Shown here: piece after piece, positions 8,065 through 17,950 of the stretch
How the letters are laid out: every line of letters begins with the position of its first letter
Position numbering within the stretch: position 1 is the stretch's first letter
Source: an uncultured Candidatus Saccharibacteria bacterium
GTDB taxonomy: Bacteria > Patescibacteriota > Dojkabacteria > GCA-002793355
Length of the DNA stretch: 64,000 nucleotides
NCBI GenBank assembly: GCA_964525295.1
Contig: CAZGEO010000002.1
Location: forward strand, 258,551-322,550
Direction: 5' to 3'
Notes under the pieces: model-generated
Databases searched by the model: none
What the model was told of the DNA's origin: nothing
What the model saw: the letters and a program-made list of their open reading frames with translations, nothing else
Position numbers and translations under genes: made by a program

Positions 8065-8729
8065 TGCGAGATAATAGATTCTCATCATTCCGTTCCCGTT
8101 CAGGTGGTGGTAATAATTCAGGTTTCAACCGTTTTCCACCAAGGCAAGGTGGCTTCTCAGGCCCATATACGCCAAGACCACGACAACAAATTTTTGATCC
8201 GCTTGAAAGAGAGTTCCCAAGAAATCATGCTATTCAAGCTACAGAAGTACGAGTATTAACTGGTACAGGTGATAATTATGGTGTTATGAGTTTGCAAGAT
8301 GCAATTCGTCGTGCAGAAGATGAAGAGATGGATCTTATTCTTATTGCCCCGCAAGCAAATCCTCCTGTTTGTAAAATTATGACGTGGGAAGCATTCAAGT
8401 ATCAGCATAAAAAGAAAGAGAAAGAGATTAAGAAGAAGCAAAAGACTATAAAAGTAAAAGAAATCAAGGTTAGTCCAAAGATAGCTGGTACTGATTTAGA
8501 GCGAAAAATTGAGAAGATTATTGAAATTACTAAAAAAGGAGATCAGGCAAAAATTACGATTATGCGTCGTTGGCCTGTTACCGAAGAATTAGCACGTAAG
8601 TTTAAGGATGATATGTTGACAAAACTCGAGGAATCCTGTACTATCATCAACGTAACAGAGAAAGGTAAAAATATCTTTGTCTTGGTTAAATCGAAAGTTG
8701 GATCAGATGCCAAAGCTCAAAACAAATAA
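8064..8729 (+). CDS. infC: Translation initiation factor IF-3 with an approximately 45-aa Arg/Gly-rich N-terminal extension, as annotated from the ATG
   Basis: IF-3 N- and C-domain signature (SLQDAIRRAEDEEMDLILI). Conserved operon position. Confidence 0.8.
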   Translation: MRDNRFSSFRSRSGGGNNSGFNRFPPRQGGFSGPYTPRPRQQIFDPLEREFPRNHAIQATEVRVLTGTGDNYGVMSLQDAIRRAEDEEMDLILIAPQANPPVCKIMTWEAFKYQHKKKEKEIKKKQKTIKVKEIKVSPKIAGTDLERKIEKIIEITKKGDQAKITIMRRWPVTEELARKFKDDMLTKLEESCTIINVTEKGKNIFVLVKSKVGSDAKAQNK

Positions 8730-8898
8730 AACATTAATGGCGCGAGTAAAGCGCACACCAAATGGAAAGCTTGTCAGAAAGCGAGCTTTTTCGGCACATT
8801 TACGAAGTAAGAAGAATGCTTCAGCCCGTGCACGCACAGGTGATAAGAAGGTCGACTCAGTTCGAAAGTTCCCATGGAATAAGCTGTTGCAAAGTTAA
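8707..8898 (+). CDS. rpmI: 50S ribosomal protein L35
   Basis: MPKLKTNKT... N-terminus. The track ORF starts 10 codons upstream at 8677. Confidence 0.8.
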   Translation: MPKLKTNKTLMARVKRTPNGKLVRKRAFSAHLRSKKNASARARTGDKKVDSVRKFPWNKLLQS

Positions 8899-8900
8899 TC

Positions 8901-9239
8901 ATGAGAGTCAAATCAGGAATCGTCACATCACGAAGACATAAGCGCTTGCTCCAAAGAGCAAAGGGCTACACAATGTCTCATTCAAAGAATTATAGAAAAG
9001 CGTTCGAAACTCTTTTGCACGCAAAGCAATATTCGTATGTCGATCGTAAGAAGAGAATCGGTCAATTTAAGCGTCTTTGGATTCAGAGAATTTCAATTGC
9101 ATTGGAAGAGCTAGGTATTAGCTACTCCAAATTTATGGCAAACCTAAAACAAGCGAAGGTTGTACTTAACAGAAAAATGCTCGCAGAATTAGCTGTTAAA
9201 CAACCTGAGATCTTTAAGAAGATCGCAAGCTTAGGTTAA
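8901..9239 (+). CDS. rplT: 50S ribosomal protein L20
   Basis: MRVKSGIVTSRRHKRLLQRAKGY N-terminus. Confidence 0.9.
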   Translation: MRVKSGIVTSRRHKRLLQRAKGYTMSHSKNYRKAFETLLHAKQYSYVDRKKRIGQFKRLWIQRISIALEELGISYSKFMANLKQAKVVLNRKMLAELAVKQPEIFKKIASLG

Positions 9240-9249
9240 GTCATAATTA

Positions 9250-10314
9250 ATGACCACAAAAACATTAGAACGCTCTCTCGAAGAGCTAAAGAAGAGTATC
9301 TCTTCTCGTTTGTCAAAAGCTAAAGATTTAGAAACCGTTTATCAGCTACGCTCTGAAGTCTTTTCTAAAGATTCGGTTCTGACACAATTGCTTCAATCAA
9401 TAAAAGATTTGTCAGCAGAAGAGAAGCCTATCGCTGGTTCTCTGGTGAATGCCGCCAAAAAAAGTATCGAAGCTGATATTGCTCGAATGATAGAAATGCT
9501 TGTTCAGCAAGAGTCATTAAAGCGGGATGAAGCCCGTGATATTGATCTTACTGCTCCGTTTGGGATTAATACTCCTACTATTCCTACATTCCCAAGTAAT
9601 GGTTCGGTAAATCCGTTGCAACATGAAATCAATAGAATGCTTGATATTTTTCGCACCATGGGGTTCACCCCATTCGAAGGGCGCGAATTAGATTCAGATT
9701 ACTATGTATTCGATTCACTTAATATGCCTAAAAACCATCCTGCGAGGCAAAACTGGGATACTTTTAGAACTGAAGAGCAGCTTATACCAACACCCCATAC
9801 ATCAAACATGCAAGTTCGCATAATGCGACATTTGAAGAAAGCACCTTTGAGAGCGGTGATATATGGTCGATGTGCTCGAAATGAAGCAATTGATGCAGTT
9901 CATGGGCATACGTTCTACCAAATCGAAGGATTGTACATTGATAAGGGCGTCAGCATTAGTAATATGCTTGCAACAATAAAAGCATATGTTGAAGCATTCT
10001 TTGATAGGCCAATTGTAGGTAAAGTTCAACCGGGATACTTCCCATTTGTTGAACCAGGAATTGAGTACATGGTTCGTTGCGTCTTTTGCGAAGGAACAGG
10101 TTGCGGTTGTTGTAAACATACTGGTTGGCTGGAAGTCGTTGGCGCAGGAATGATTCACCCTAATGTTTTGCGCGAAGGAGGGTTTGATCCAGCGGTTTAT
10201 AGCGGATTTGCCTGGGGACTCGGACTTGATCGTATGGTTATGCAAAAAAATGGTGTTCAGGATATTCGTTCACTATTTGGAAGTGATATAAGATTTCTTC
10301 AATCGCACAAATGA
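9250..10314 (+). CDS. pheS: Phenylalanyl-tRNA synthetase alpha subunit
   Basis: HPAR and GFAWGLGLDR class II motifs. Confidence 0.9.
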   Translation: MTTKTLERSLEELKKSISSRLSKAKDLETVYQLRSEVFSKDSVLTQLLQSIKDLSAEEKPIAGSLVNAAKKSIEADIARMIEMLVQQESLKRDEARDIDLTAPFGINTPTIPTFPSNGSVNPLQHEINRMLDIFRTMGFTPFEGRELDSDYYVFDSLNMPKNHPARQNWDTFRTEEQLIPTPHTSNMQVRIMRHLKKAPLRAVIYGRCARNEAIDAVHGHTFYQIEGLYIDKGVSISNMLATIKAYVEAFFDRPIVGKVQPGYFPFVEPGIEYMVRCVFCEGTGCGCCKHTGWLEVVGAGMIHPNVLREGGFDPAVYSGFAWGLGLDRMVMQKNGVQDIRSLFGSDIRFLQSHK

Positions 10315-12893
10315 AATACTCTTTGAATCAAATTAAACGATATGTTCCTGAACTTGAAGCGGTTGATACGAAACAACTAATTAACAGAATTTGGGAATCT
10401 ATCGCAGAAGTTGAAGCGGTAGAATATCTAGCTGAAAAATACAACGGTATCATTGTCGCTAGAGTAGTATCAGTAGAAAAGCATGCAAAATCTGACAAAC
10501 TTGTTGTTACAACGGTAGATATTGGTCAGAAAGAGTTGGTGACCGTTGTTACAGCAGCACAGAATCTTTCGGTTGGAAATTTCGCCCCATATATTCCAGT
10601 TGGAGTAGCAGTACCTTCATCAAAAGACTCTCCAGAAGGTGAATTTATTATTGGAATCAGACCAATGGCAGGCATTGATTCGGTAGGTATGCTTGCCAGC
10701 GAACGTGAATTATTGTTTAGTGATGATCATTCTGGCATTATGATTTTGCACCAAGACGAGTTGAAGGGTGAATTAATACCGGGAATGGCGCTTTCAGATG
10801 CGCTCGAGTTAAATGATGTCATAATTGAAATTGAAAACAAAACTCTTACTCATCGCGGTGATTGTTTTTCAGCCTCAGGTTTAGCACGCGAAATCGCAGC
10901 ATTGTACGGGTATACCTTACAACTTCCTGATTGGCAGGTGCCAGGCATGAAATCTGCGTTACCGATGTCTGAAGAATTTGATAAAGAAATGCCTTGTTCA
11001 TTGTCGATAAATGTAACAGCAAAAGAATCTGTTGATCGTTATTCTGCAGTCGTACTTGACGGAATTGTTGTGCAAGAATCACCACTTTGGTTGAAAATGT
11101 TGTTGTGGAAACATGGCATTAATTCTGTAAACAATGTCGTTGATATTACAAATTTTGTTATGCTCGACTATGGCCAGCCGATGCACGCATTTGATGCCTC
11201 AACAGTCTCGCACCGTAAGAGAAATGAACAAATAGATTATCAAGTTACAGTTAGATATGCGAAGGGCGGTGAGAAGCTTGAAACACTTGATAGCAAAGAA
11301 AAGACGCTAGACTCAAAAGTTACCGTCATTGCAGATAATAAAAATGCACTCGCAATAGCAGGAATTATTGGAGGTAAAACGAGTGGAATAACAGAAACGA
11401 CAACCCGAATTATTCTTGAATCAGCAGTTTTTGATAAGTATGCCATTAGAAATGCCAGTATGAGTATTGGTACGGTAACTGATGCTTCTGTAATATTTTC
11501 TCGTAAGCAAGATCCTGAAAAGACGGTTCGCGCTTTATTGAGAGCTGTGCATCTTTTGCAAGAAATGGCAGGTGCGGTAATAGTTTCGCAAATTGGTGAT
11601 GCATATGTTCAAGAACCTTCTGAAAGAACAGTAGTAATTTCTCATGAAAAACTCGAGTTCTTTGTCGGAGTATCAATTTCGCCTACTCAAGTAGAAACAA
11701 CTTTGACGAACCTTGGAATGAAAGTGGTTAAAAAGAATGGTTTATATAGTGTCTCGGTGCCAAGCTGGAGACCAGATATTGCGATCGATGAAGATGTTTA
11801 TGAAGAAGTAGCAAGGATCTTCGGCTATCACAATATTTCATTAGAATTACCTAAACGAGGAATATTCGGGGTAAAGTTGAGCAAGAATGATCAACTAAAA
11901 CAGCAAATGATACAGGCTCTAACAGGTTATGGCTTTTTGCAAAGTATGAACTTCACTTTTGCCAGTAAGGCAATTTATGAGCAATGTCACTTATCTGTTG
12001 ATGATTCTTTCGTGGTTACTAATGCAATATCTCCAGATGTGCAGTATATGAGAAAGTATGTTATGCCAGGAGTACTCGCTCAGTTAGCAAAGAATCAATA
12101 TAACGCAGAGTCTTTCGGAATTTTCGAAATAGGTAAAGTGTTCCGCAAGTCGCATATGTATACAAGCATTTCAGAATTTCCCGTAGGAATTACTGAACCT
12201 CGCTTTGGTGTAGATGAATTAGGATTGCCAATCGAAGATGAACATGTTGTTATCGCAACGGTTGATAATAGTAAGCAACCTGGTTACTTTACTGTAAAGA
12301 GTAATCTCGAAAAATATTTACGTACTCTACGAATCAATGCAGTAAAGTATATTCACCCGTCTGAAATTTCAAAAAAAGAATTACAGCAAATTCCTGCTTG
12401 GATGCAAGAATTACAATCAGCGCTTCGTTCAGGGCGAACAGCATATATCTTTGTTGAGCTTGCAGGCAAAAAGTATTGCCTTGGAGTAATTGGCGAACCA
12501 AACACACTTGTTGCTCGCAATTTTGCCTTTACTAAGAACGTTGGCATAGTTGAGCTATCATTAAAAGTTCTTCTTGATATTGCAGTATTTGAACCATTAT
12601 ACAAAGAACCTTCAAAATATCCTTCGGTTGTTGAGGATTTTTGTATCGAATCAATGGTCAACACTACCTACCAACAGATTGTTGAGGCTATTTCAGAAGC
12701 GCTTAAATCTGATGAAAATGTTGTGAGCATTAGCCCACGCGATATCTATCAAAAAGTTGAAAATGTTAAGCAAACGACAGTTCGTGTAGTAATTGAACCA
12801 CAAACTGCAACACTCACAGATGACCAAATGAAGATTTATCGCCAGAGAATTGCTGAATCTGTCAAAAAGGCATTCGCAGGAAAAATCATCTAG
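10311..12893 (+). CDS. pheT: Phenylalanyl-tRNA synthetase beta subunit
   Basis: N-terminal tRNA-binding domain, B3/4 and B5 regions, 860 aa. Overlaps the pheS stop. Confidence 0.9.
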   Translation: MKYSLNQIKRYVPELEAVDTKQLINRIWESIAEVEAVEYLAEKYNGIIVARVVSVEKHAKSDKLVVTTVDIGQKELVTVVTAAQNLSVGNFAPYIPVGVAVPSSKDSPEGEFIIGIRPMAGIDSVGMLASERELLFSDDHSGIMILHQDELKGELIPGMALSDALELNDVIIEIENKTLTHRGDCFSASGLAREIAALYGYTLQLPDWQVPGMKSALPMSEEFDKEMPCSLSINVTAKESVDRYSAVVLDGIVVQESPLWLKMLLWKHGINSVNNVVDITNFVMLDYGQPMHAFDASTVSHRKRNEQIDYQVTVRYAKGGEKLETLDSKEKTLDSKVTVIADNKNALAIAGIIGGKTSGITETTTRIILESAVFDKYAIRNASMSIGTVTDASVIFSRKQDPEKTVRALLRAVHLLQEMAGAVIVSQIGDAYVQEPSERTVVISHEKLEFFVGVSISPTQVETTLTNLGMKVVKKNGLYSVSVPSWRPDIAIDEDVYEEVARIFGYHNISLELPKRGIFGVKLSKNDQLKQQMIQALTGYGFLQSMNFTFASKAIYEQCHLSVDDSFVVTNAISPDVQYMRKYVMPGVLAQLAKNQYNAESFGIFEIGKVFRKSHMYTSISEFPVGITEPRFGVDELGLPIEDEHVVIATVDNSKQPGYFTVKSNLEKYLRTLRINAVKYIHPSEISKKELQQIPAWMQELQSALRSGRTAYIFVELAGKKYCLGVIGEPNTLVARNFAFTKNVGIVELSLKVLLDIAVFEPLYKEPSKYPSVVEDFCIESMVNTTYQQIVEAISEALKSDENVVSISPRDIYQKVENVKQTTVRVVIEPQTATLTDDQMKIYRQRIAESVKKAFAGKII

Positions 12894-12941
12894 ATATTTA
12901 GATTCGTAGCAAATTGAATTCAGTTTTCAATCTTACGAACT

Positions 12942-15677
12942 TTACGTTGTTGTCGGAGTAGCTGTTGGAGTAGCTGTAGGTGTCGCTGTAGGCGTTGCTG
13001 TTGGTGTAGCCGTCGGTGTAGGAGTAACTGGTACAACAACATTGATGTTGATGCTATTTTGTGCAGTTGATCCAGTATTGTCTTTAACCACAGCAGTTAT
13101 GGTTAATGCACCAGCGCTTGCACTCGCAGGAACTACGCACCCAGAGCAGGCGTAGTTAGCAGAAATGCCATTCCATGCTCCAAGTGGTGTCAATGTTGTT
13201 CCGTTTTTGATGAAGTATTCAACGCTTGTAATGGCATTGATAGAGGTTATTGCAAGACGAACGGTAATCGATTGATTGCGATTATAGTTAGCATTGGCGG
13301 TTGGCGCAGTAAAAGTGAGTTGAATATCAGGTAAACAGGGGGCTTCTTCTGGTTTCTCTTTCCACAATCCATAGCCGAGTTTTTCTTTGACGTATGAATC
13401 GTAAGAACTTTGTTGAGCCTGATTGGGTAAAGTGAAATCAAGGAACATTTTATCGGTAATGAGCCCATTAGCTCTTGCTTCTTCTTCATTTGTCGCAATT
13501 TTGCCTGTTTTTGTGCAGATGGCAAGTTTCTTATGCGCGTTATCTTTTGCGGGCAAGCTTGTCTTTAATGCTACCGCGGGTGCTTTATCGCAAGGCGTGT
13601 CGCTGCTTGCTGCAAGGCCTGTATCTTTACAAACAGTTATACTTTCAACGCCTGCAGGGCGTGTATAAAACTCTTTTCCGTATTTAGGAACTAGTCGATT
13701 CATAATGTTTTTTGCTATTACGATTGGAACATTTTCAGACCAACCTTGTCCACGGCTACCTCGAGTAATGTCACCGTTGTTGTTACCGGTCCAAATACCA
13801 ACAGAAAGTCTTGGATAGTACATCATTGTGAGAAGATCTTTTGGTCCGTTTGTCGTACCTGTTTTTCCACATAATGTTTGCCCTTGCGCGGTGTAGTATT
13901 GAGGAACATGCTTATCTTGAGCACCTGGTGGCATCATACACATTACCCAGTTGAGAAGATAAATTTCTTCTTCTGAATACACTCTTTTTTCAGATTTCGA
14001 AGAATCTAGCTTGAAAAGCTCATTGCCTTTGGCATCAGTAATTTTAAGAATTGTGCTAATGTCATGTTTGACACCTTTGTTCGCGAAGACAGCGAAAGCG
14101 TTCGTGTGTTCAGTTAATTTCATGTCCCCTGCTCCGAGAGTTAGCGATAAGCCATATCGTTCGCGTTCAGTTAATGTTGTAATTCCAAGCTTTTGTGCTG
14201 TTTCGATGAATGCGTCAACACCAATCATTTGTAATGTATATACAGCTGGAAGATTGCGAGATTGGTTTAGTTGTCTGCGCATTGTATCGAGGCCATCGTA
14301 CTTGAAGTTCCAGTTTTCAGGTTTGTATGCACCGAAGTTCATCTTAATATCGGGTGCAAGTGAGCCTGTATTGTAACCACGCACGAATGCAGCGAGATAG
14401 GTATATGGTTTTACTGAAGAGCCATATTGACGAGGCATGATCGCAACATTTACATTGCCGTCAACTCGTTTGTCTGTTGTATTGTTGTAATCAACAGAAC
14501 CAACCATTGTGAGCATTTCTCCTGTTTTCGGATCGATAATAACGATTGAACCATTGTGAACTCCATACCAGGTTTTGAAATTTGAAATTGAATTTCTTAA
14601 TTCTTCTTCGGCAATTTTTTGCGTCTCAAGATCAAGTGTTGTGGTAACTCGAAGCCCACCATTACGAACTGCATCTACACCGTACTTAGCTTCAAGTTGT
14701 TCAATGACATAGAAGACAAAGTGTGGGGCTGTAATATCAACTTTACCAGGGGTAACAACGATTGTTTCTTCTTTCGCTTTTGCGATTTCTTCTTCTGTAA
14801 CCCCAGTTTTGTCTTTATATTTGAGCATGAGATCAAGTACAATATCGCGGAACTTTTTGATGTTTTCAGTTTTTCCGTTGAGGAGTTGTTGGCTATAACC
14901 CGTAGGGTAACGAATGATGACGGCTAACGTTGCGCTTTCTGCTAGAGTCAGATCTTTAATATCTTTGTTGTAATATGCTTTTGCTGCAGTTTGAAAACCA
15001 TAAATAGTCCCACCAAGTGGAACTTCGTTCATATAAATTTCTAAAATTTCATCTTTTTCAAGCTTCTGTTCTAACTGAAAAGCAATAAGAATTTCTTTGA
15101 GCTTTCTCGTAATAGTGCGATCGAAAGCTGCTTTTTTGTCAGTTTCATATAAGACAACATTACGAGAAAGTTGCTGAGTAATCGTACTCGCTCCACGCGA
15201 ACTTTGCGCACCTGTTCGAATATAGTCAATTCCTGCAGAAATTAAGCCAGGAACATCAATACCTTTGTGCTCATAAAACTCGATATCTTCTGCAGCAAGT
15301 AGGGCCCATTTGGTTTTGTCTGGTATTTTGTCTAATGAAATGTACTCGCGATTATAATCGCCATAAACAGTGTAGAGCAGTGCACCGTTTCTATCAAATA
15401 TTTTGGTGCTTTGCTCGAGATCTTTTGCAACAATTTCACCCGCATTTGGCAACGAGGCATTAATTGCCCCAATGTAGCCAGTTAAAACAACTGCACCAAC
15501 AATTCCACCGATAACAAGGAGAGCTGCTAAAACAGCAAGTGAAGTTATAAGTATTCGTTTGCCAGTGTGTTGTGAACTTTTAAGTTTTTGTGAACCTTTC
15601 ATTGCACTTTTGAGTGCAGTAAACTGAAAAGATTTCGGTTGTTTCGGATGTGAAACGATACGCATTGTAGTAGCCAT
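12942..15677 (-). CDS. Class A penicillin-binding protein (bifunctional glycosyltransferase/transpeptidase) with a C-terminal Thr-Pro repeat tail
   Basis: GT51 motifs (EDIEFYEHKGID, RGASTITQQL), transpeptidase SxxK and KTG, and an N-terminal TM. Confidence 0.85.
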   Translation of the reverse strand: MATTMRIVSHPKQPKSFQFTALKSAMKGSQKLKSSQHTGKRILITSLAVLAALLVIGGIVGAVVLTGYIGAINASLPNAGEIVAKDLEQSTKIFDRNGALLYTVYGDYNREYISLDKIPDKTKWALLAAEDIEFYEHKGIDVPGLISAGIDYIRTGAQSSRGASTITQQLSRNVVLYETDKKAAFDRTITRKLKEILIAFQLEQKLEKDEILEIYMNEVPLGGTIYGFQTAAKAYYNKDIKDLTLAESATLAVIIRYPTGYSQQLLNGKTENIKKFRDIVLDLMLKYKDKTGVTEEEIAKAKEETIVVTPGKVDITAPHFVFYVIEQLEAKYGVDAVRNGGLRVTTTLDLETQKIAEEELRNSISNFKTWYGVHNGSIVIIDPKTGEMLTMVGSVDYNNTTDKRVDGNVNVAIMPRQYGSSVKPYTYLAAFVRGYNTGSLAPDIKMNFGAYKPENWNFKYDGLDTMRRQLNQSRNLPAVYTLQMIGVDAFIETAQKLGITTLTERERYGLSLTLGAGDMKLTEHTNAFAVFANKGVKHDISTILKITDAKGNELFKLDSSKSEKRVYSEEEIYLLNWVMCMMPPGAQDKHVPQYYTAQGQTLCGKTGTTNGPKDLLTMMYYPRLSVGIWTGNNNGDITRGSRGQGWSENVPIVIAKNIMNRLVPKYGKEFYTRPAGVESITVCKDTGLAASSDTPCDKAPAVALKTSLPAKDNAHKKLAICTKTGKIATNEEEARANGLITDKMFLDFTLPNQAQQSSYDSYVKEKLGYGLWKEKPEEAPCLPDIQLTFTAPTANANYNRNQSITVRLAITSINAITSVEYFIKNGTTLTPLGAWNGISANYACSGCVVPASASAGALTITAVVKDNTGSTAQNSININVVVPVTPTPTATPTATPTATPTATPTATPTTT
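12945..13030 (-). repeat. In-frame tandem 12-nt repeat encoding (TPTA)n at the C-terminus of the class A PBP
   Basis: Periodic gtngctgtnggngt units on the plus strand. Protein ends ...TPTATPTATPTATPTATPTATPTTT. Confidence 0.6.
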
Positions 15678-15714
15678 AACTAAATTACGAAAGAATTAAC
15701 AAAGAGTAACATCA

Positions 15715-15723
15715 TGATATAAT
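15715..15723 (+). promoter_or_regulatory. Extended -10 (TGaTATAAT) 6 nt upstream of a small ORF, a leaderless arrangement
   Basis: Read directly in the sequence. Confidence 0.35.
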
Positions 15724-15729
15724 GGTACT

Positions 15730-15894
15730 ATGAAATTCAAAAAGAGCAAGGATGTTAAGAAAAGAGCCCCGCTCTCGGCAACAGAAGTGATGCAGAAAGT
15801 CGGTGCATTTCTTTGGAAAACAGTTCAGGTGATACTAGTGTTAACGGTGCTATTTTCTATGATAGCGGTACCTTTACTACTAGTTTTCGGTTAG
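15730..15894 (+). CDS. Unannotated small membrane protein (54 aa; basic N-terminus plus one TM helix) immediately upstream of recG
   Basis: ATG...TAG ORF, MKFKKSKDVKKRAPLSATEVMQKVGAFLWKTVQVILVLTVLFSMIAVPLLLVFG. Own promoter. Stop is 1 nt before the recG ATG. Confidence 0.35.
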   Translation: MKFKKSKDVKKRAPLSATEVMQKVGAFLWKTVQVILVLTVLFSMIAVPLLLVFG

Positions 15895-15895
15895 T

Positions 15896-17950
15896 ATGGA
15901 TTTCTCAACGCCTCTCAGTAAAGTTAAGTATGTTGGCGCTGTGAGAGCAGCAGCGCTTGCTGAGTATGAGCTACATAGTGCTGGTGATTTAGCAAATTTT
16001 GTTCCCTACGCGTATGAAGATACAACAGAAATATTATCAATTTCGCAATTGTATGAAAAATGGAGAAGTCTTCCATTATGGGAAACTCCGATGCAGCGAT
16101 TTACCGTCCGCGCAATTTTTGACAAATTAACGACATTTCGAACGCGTCGAGGATTGTATATTATTAAGGCACGTTTTTTTTCTTCAGAAAGCAACGAAGA
16201 AATTGGCGCTGTTTGGTTCAATCAAACATTCGTTACTCGTAACTTGCACTCTGGAAGCGAATACCTTTTATTTGGAAAAGTCTTGCAAGATGGTCGAAGA
16301 TTAGTGATTCAATCGCCACGTTTTGAAGAGCTTGCAGAAAATAAGGCTTTGAAGAATTTGGGTAAGGTTACTCCGCTTTACCATCGAATGAAGAAAATTA
16401 CTTCAGCTTATATTCGGCAGTTTTTATCAAGTTATGGTGAAGTCTTTGAGGCAATGCCAGAGTATATTCCGGCTGAAATATTGAAAGCAAACGATTTGTT
16501 GTCTTTAGGTGAATCTTATGCGCACGTGCATTTTCCTAAGAAAATTGAAGATCCTGAAATTGGGCGAAGGCGATTAGAGGTTCAAGAAATCCTTGAAATT
16601 AAGAAGAATATTGATGCAACAAGTTTGCAATCGCTTGGTGCTGGTACTTCATTATCAAATGAGTCACGAACTGTAATTGCGAGATATATTGGTGACTGTA
16701 TTGCTAAATTACCATTTACTCTTACGATATCGCAAGAGAACGCAGTGCAAAATATTGTTGAACAATTTGCTTTGGGGTCTCGCGTCGACACTTTTGTTTA
16801 TGGTGATGTCGGAAGCGGTAAAACTATAGTCGCCATGCTTCTTGCGTTTGCCCTAGCCAATATCGGTTACTCAACGGTAATCATGTCTCCGACCTCGATT
16901 TTGGCACAACAACATGTACAGACAGCAGAACAATTGATGAAGCTTTTTGGTAGTGATGCCTCGGTTGTACCTGTTAGCGCAGGAAGGAAGTACTCGAAAG
17001 CTGAAGGTGCTGCGCTCTATATTGGAACTCACGCATTACTGTTTTCGGAACAACTGAAAAATGATAAGTCGATAGGGTTAGTTGTTATCGATGAACAGCA
17101 TAGATTTGGCGTTGCCCAGCGTCAGCAATTGACGGAATTGTCATCAAGGCCACATATTCTGACATTGTCTGCAACGCCAATTCCACGAACATTGGCACTT
17201 TCATTTCTGGGCTTTTCGGAGGCAATATTTATTACCGAAAAGCCCAGTAATCGCAAAACTACCATAACTAAAGTAGTTCCAAACGACAAGGTTATTGTTA
17301 CATACGAGTGGTTGCGCAAGCGAGTCGAAGTCGCGGGAGAGCAAATATTTATGGTTTTCCCTCGTGTTGTTGCAGAAGATGATGTTGATAAGCAATCTGT
17401 TATTGCAATGAAAGAGTCGCTAGATAGTCAATTTTTCTCAGGTATTCCAACAGGAATAATATATGGAGGAATGGCAGAAAAAGAGAAGAGCAAAATAATG
17501 GATGCGTTTAGAGCAGGCGAAATCAAAGTTTTGTATTCAACAACTGTCATCGAAGTGGGAGTAGATGTACCAAACGCGACGGTGATAGCAATTCATGGCG
17601 CAGATCTCTTCGGAATGGCTCAATTACATCAATTGCGGGGCCGTGTAGGACGATCTGAAAAACAAGGATATTGTTTTCTTTTTAGTGATACAGAAGCAGA
17701 AACAGCGCAGGAAAGGTTAGAATACTTTGCTACACATTTTGACGGTATTGAATTGGCTGAATATGATTTGAAAAAGCGTGGTAGCGGTCAATTGACAGGG
17801 GTAACTCAAGCAGGTGGTTCAGAGCTAAAAATCGCGTCGCTCACCAATCTTTCATTAATACAAACTGCAATCAGTATCTACGATGAGCTAATTAAGCGGA
17901 AAATTGGAATTTTTGATTATATTCAGGTAAAATCGGGTCGTGCAGAATAA
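15896..17950 (+). CDS. recG: ATP-dependent DNA helicase RecG
   Basis: GDVGSGKT, DEQH, SATPIPRT helicase motifs and a wedge-domain N-terminus. Confidence 0.85.
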   Translation: MDFSTPLSKVKYVGAVRAAALAEYELHSAGDLANFVPYAYEDTTEILSISQLYEKWRSLPLWETPMQRFTVRAIFDKLTTFRTRRGLYIIKARFFSSESNEEIGAVWFNQTFVTRNLHSGSEYLLFGKVLQDGRRLVIQSPRFEELAENKALKNLGKVTPLYHRMKKITSAYIRQFLSSYGEVFEAMPEYIPAEILKANDLLSLGESYAHVHFPKKIEDPEIGRRRLEVQEILEIKKNIDATSLQSLGAGTSLSNESRTVIARYIGDCIAKLPFTLTISQENAVQNIVEQFALGSRVDTFVYGDVGSGKTIVAMLLAFALANIGYSTVIMSPTSILAQQHVQTAEQLMKLFGSDASVVPVSAGRKYSKAEGAALYIGTHALLFSEQLKNDKSIGLVVIDEQHRFGVAQRQQLTELSSRPHILTLSATPIPRTLALSFLGFSEAIFITEKPSNRKTTITKVVPNDKVIVTYEWLRKRVEVAGEQIFMVFPRVVAEDDVDKQSVIAMKESLDSQFFSGIPTGIIYGGMAEKEKSKIMDAFRAGEIKVLYSTTVIEVGVDVPNATVIAIHGADLFGMAQLHQLRGRVGRSEKQGYCFLFSDTEAETAQERLEYFATHFDGIELAEYDLKKRGSGQLTGVTQAGGSELKIASLTNLSLIQTAISIYDELIKRKIGIFDYIQVKSGRAE

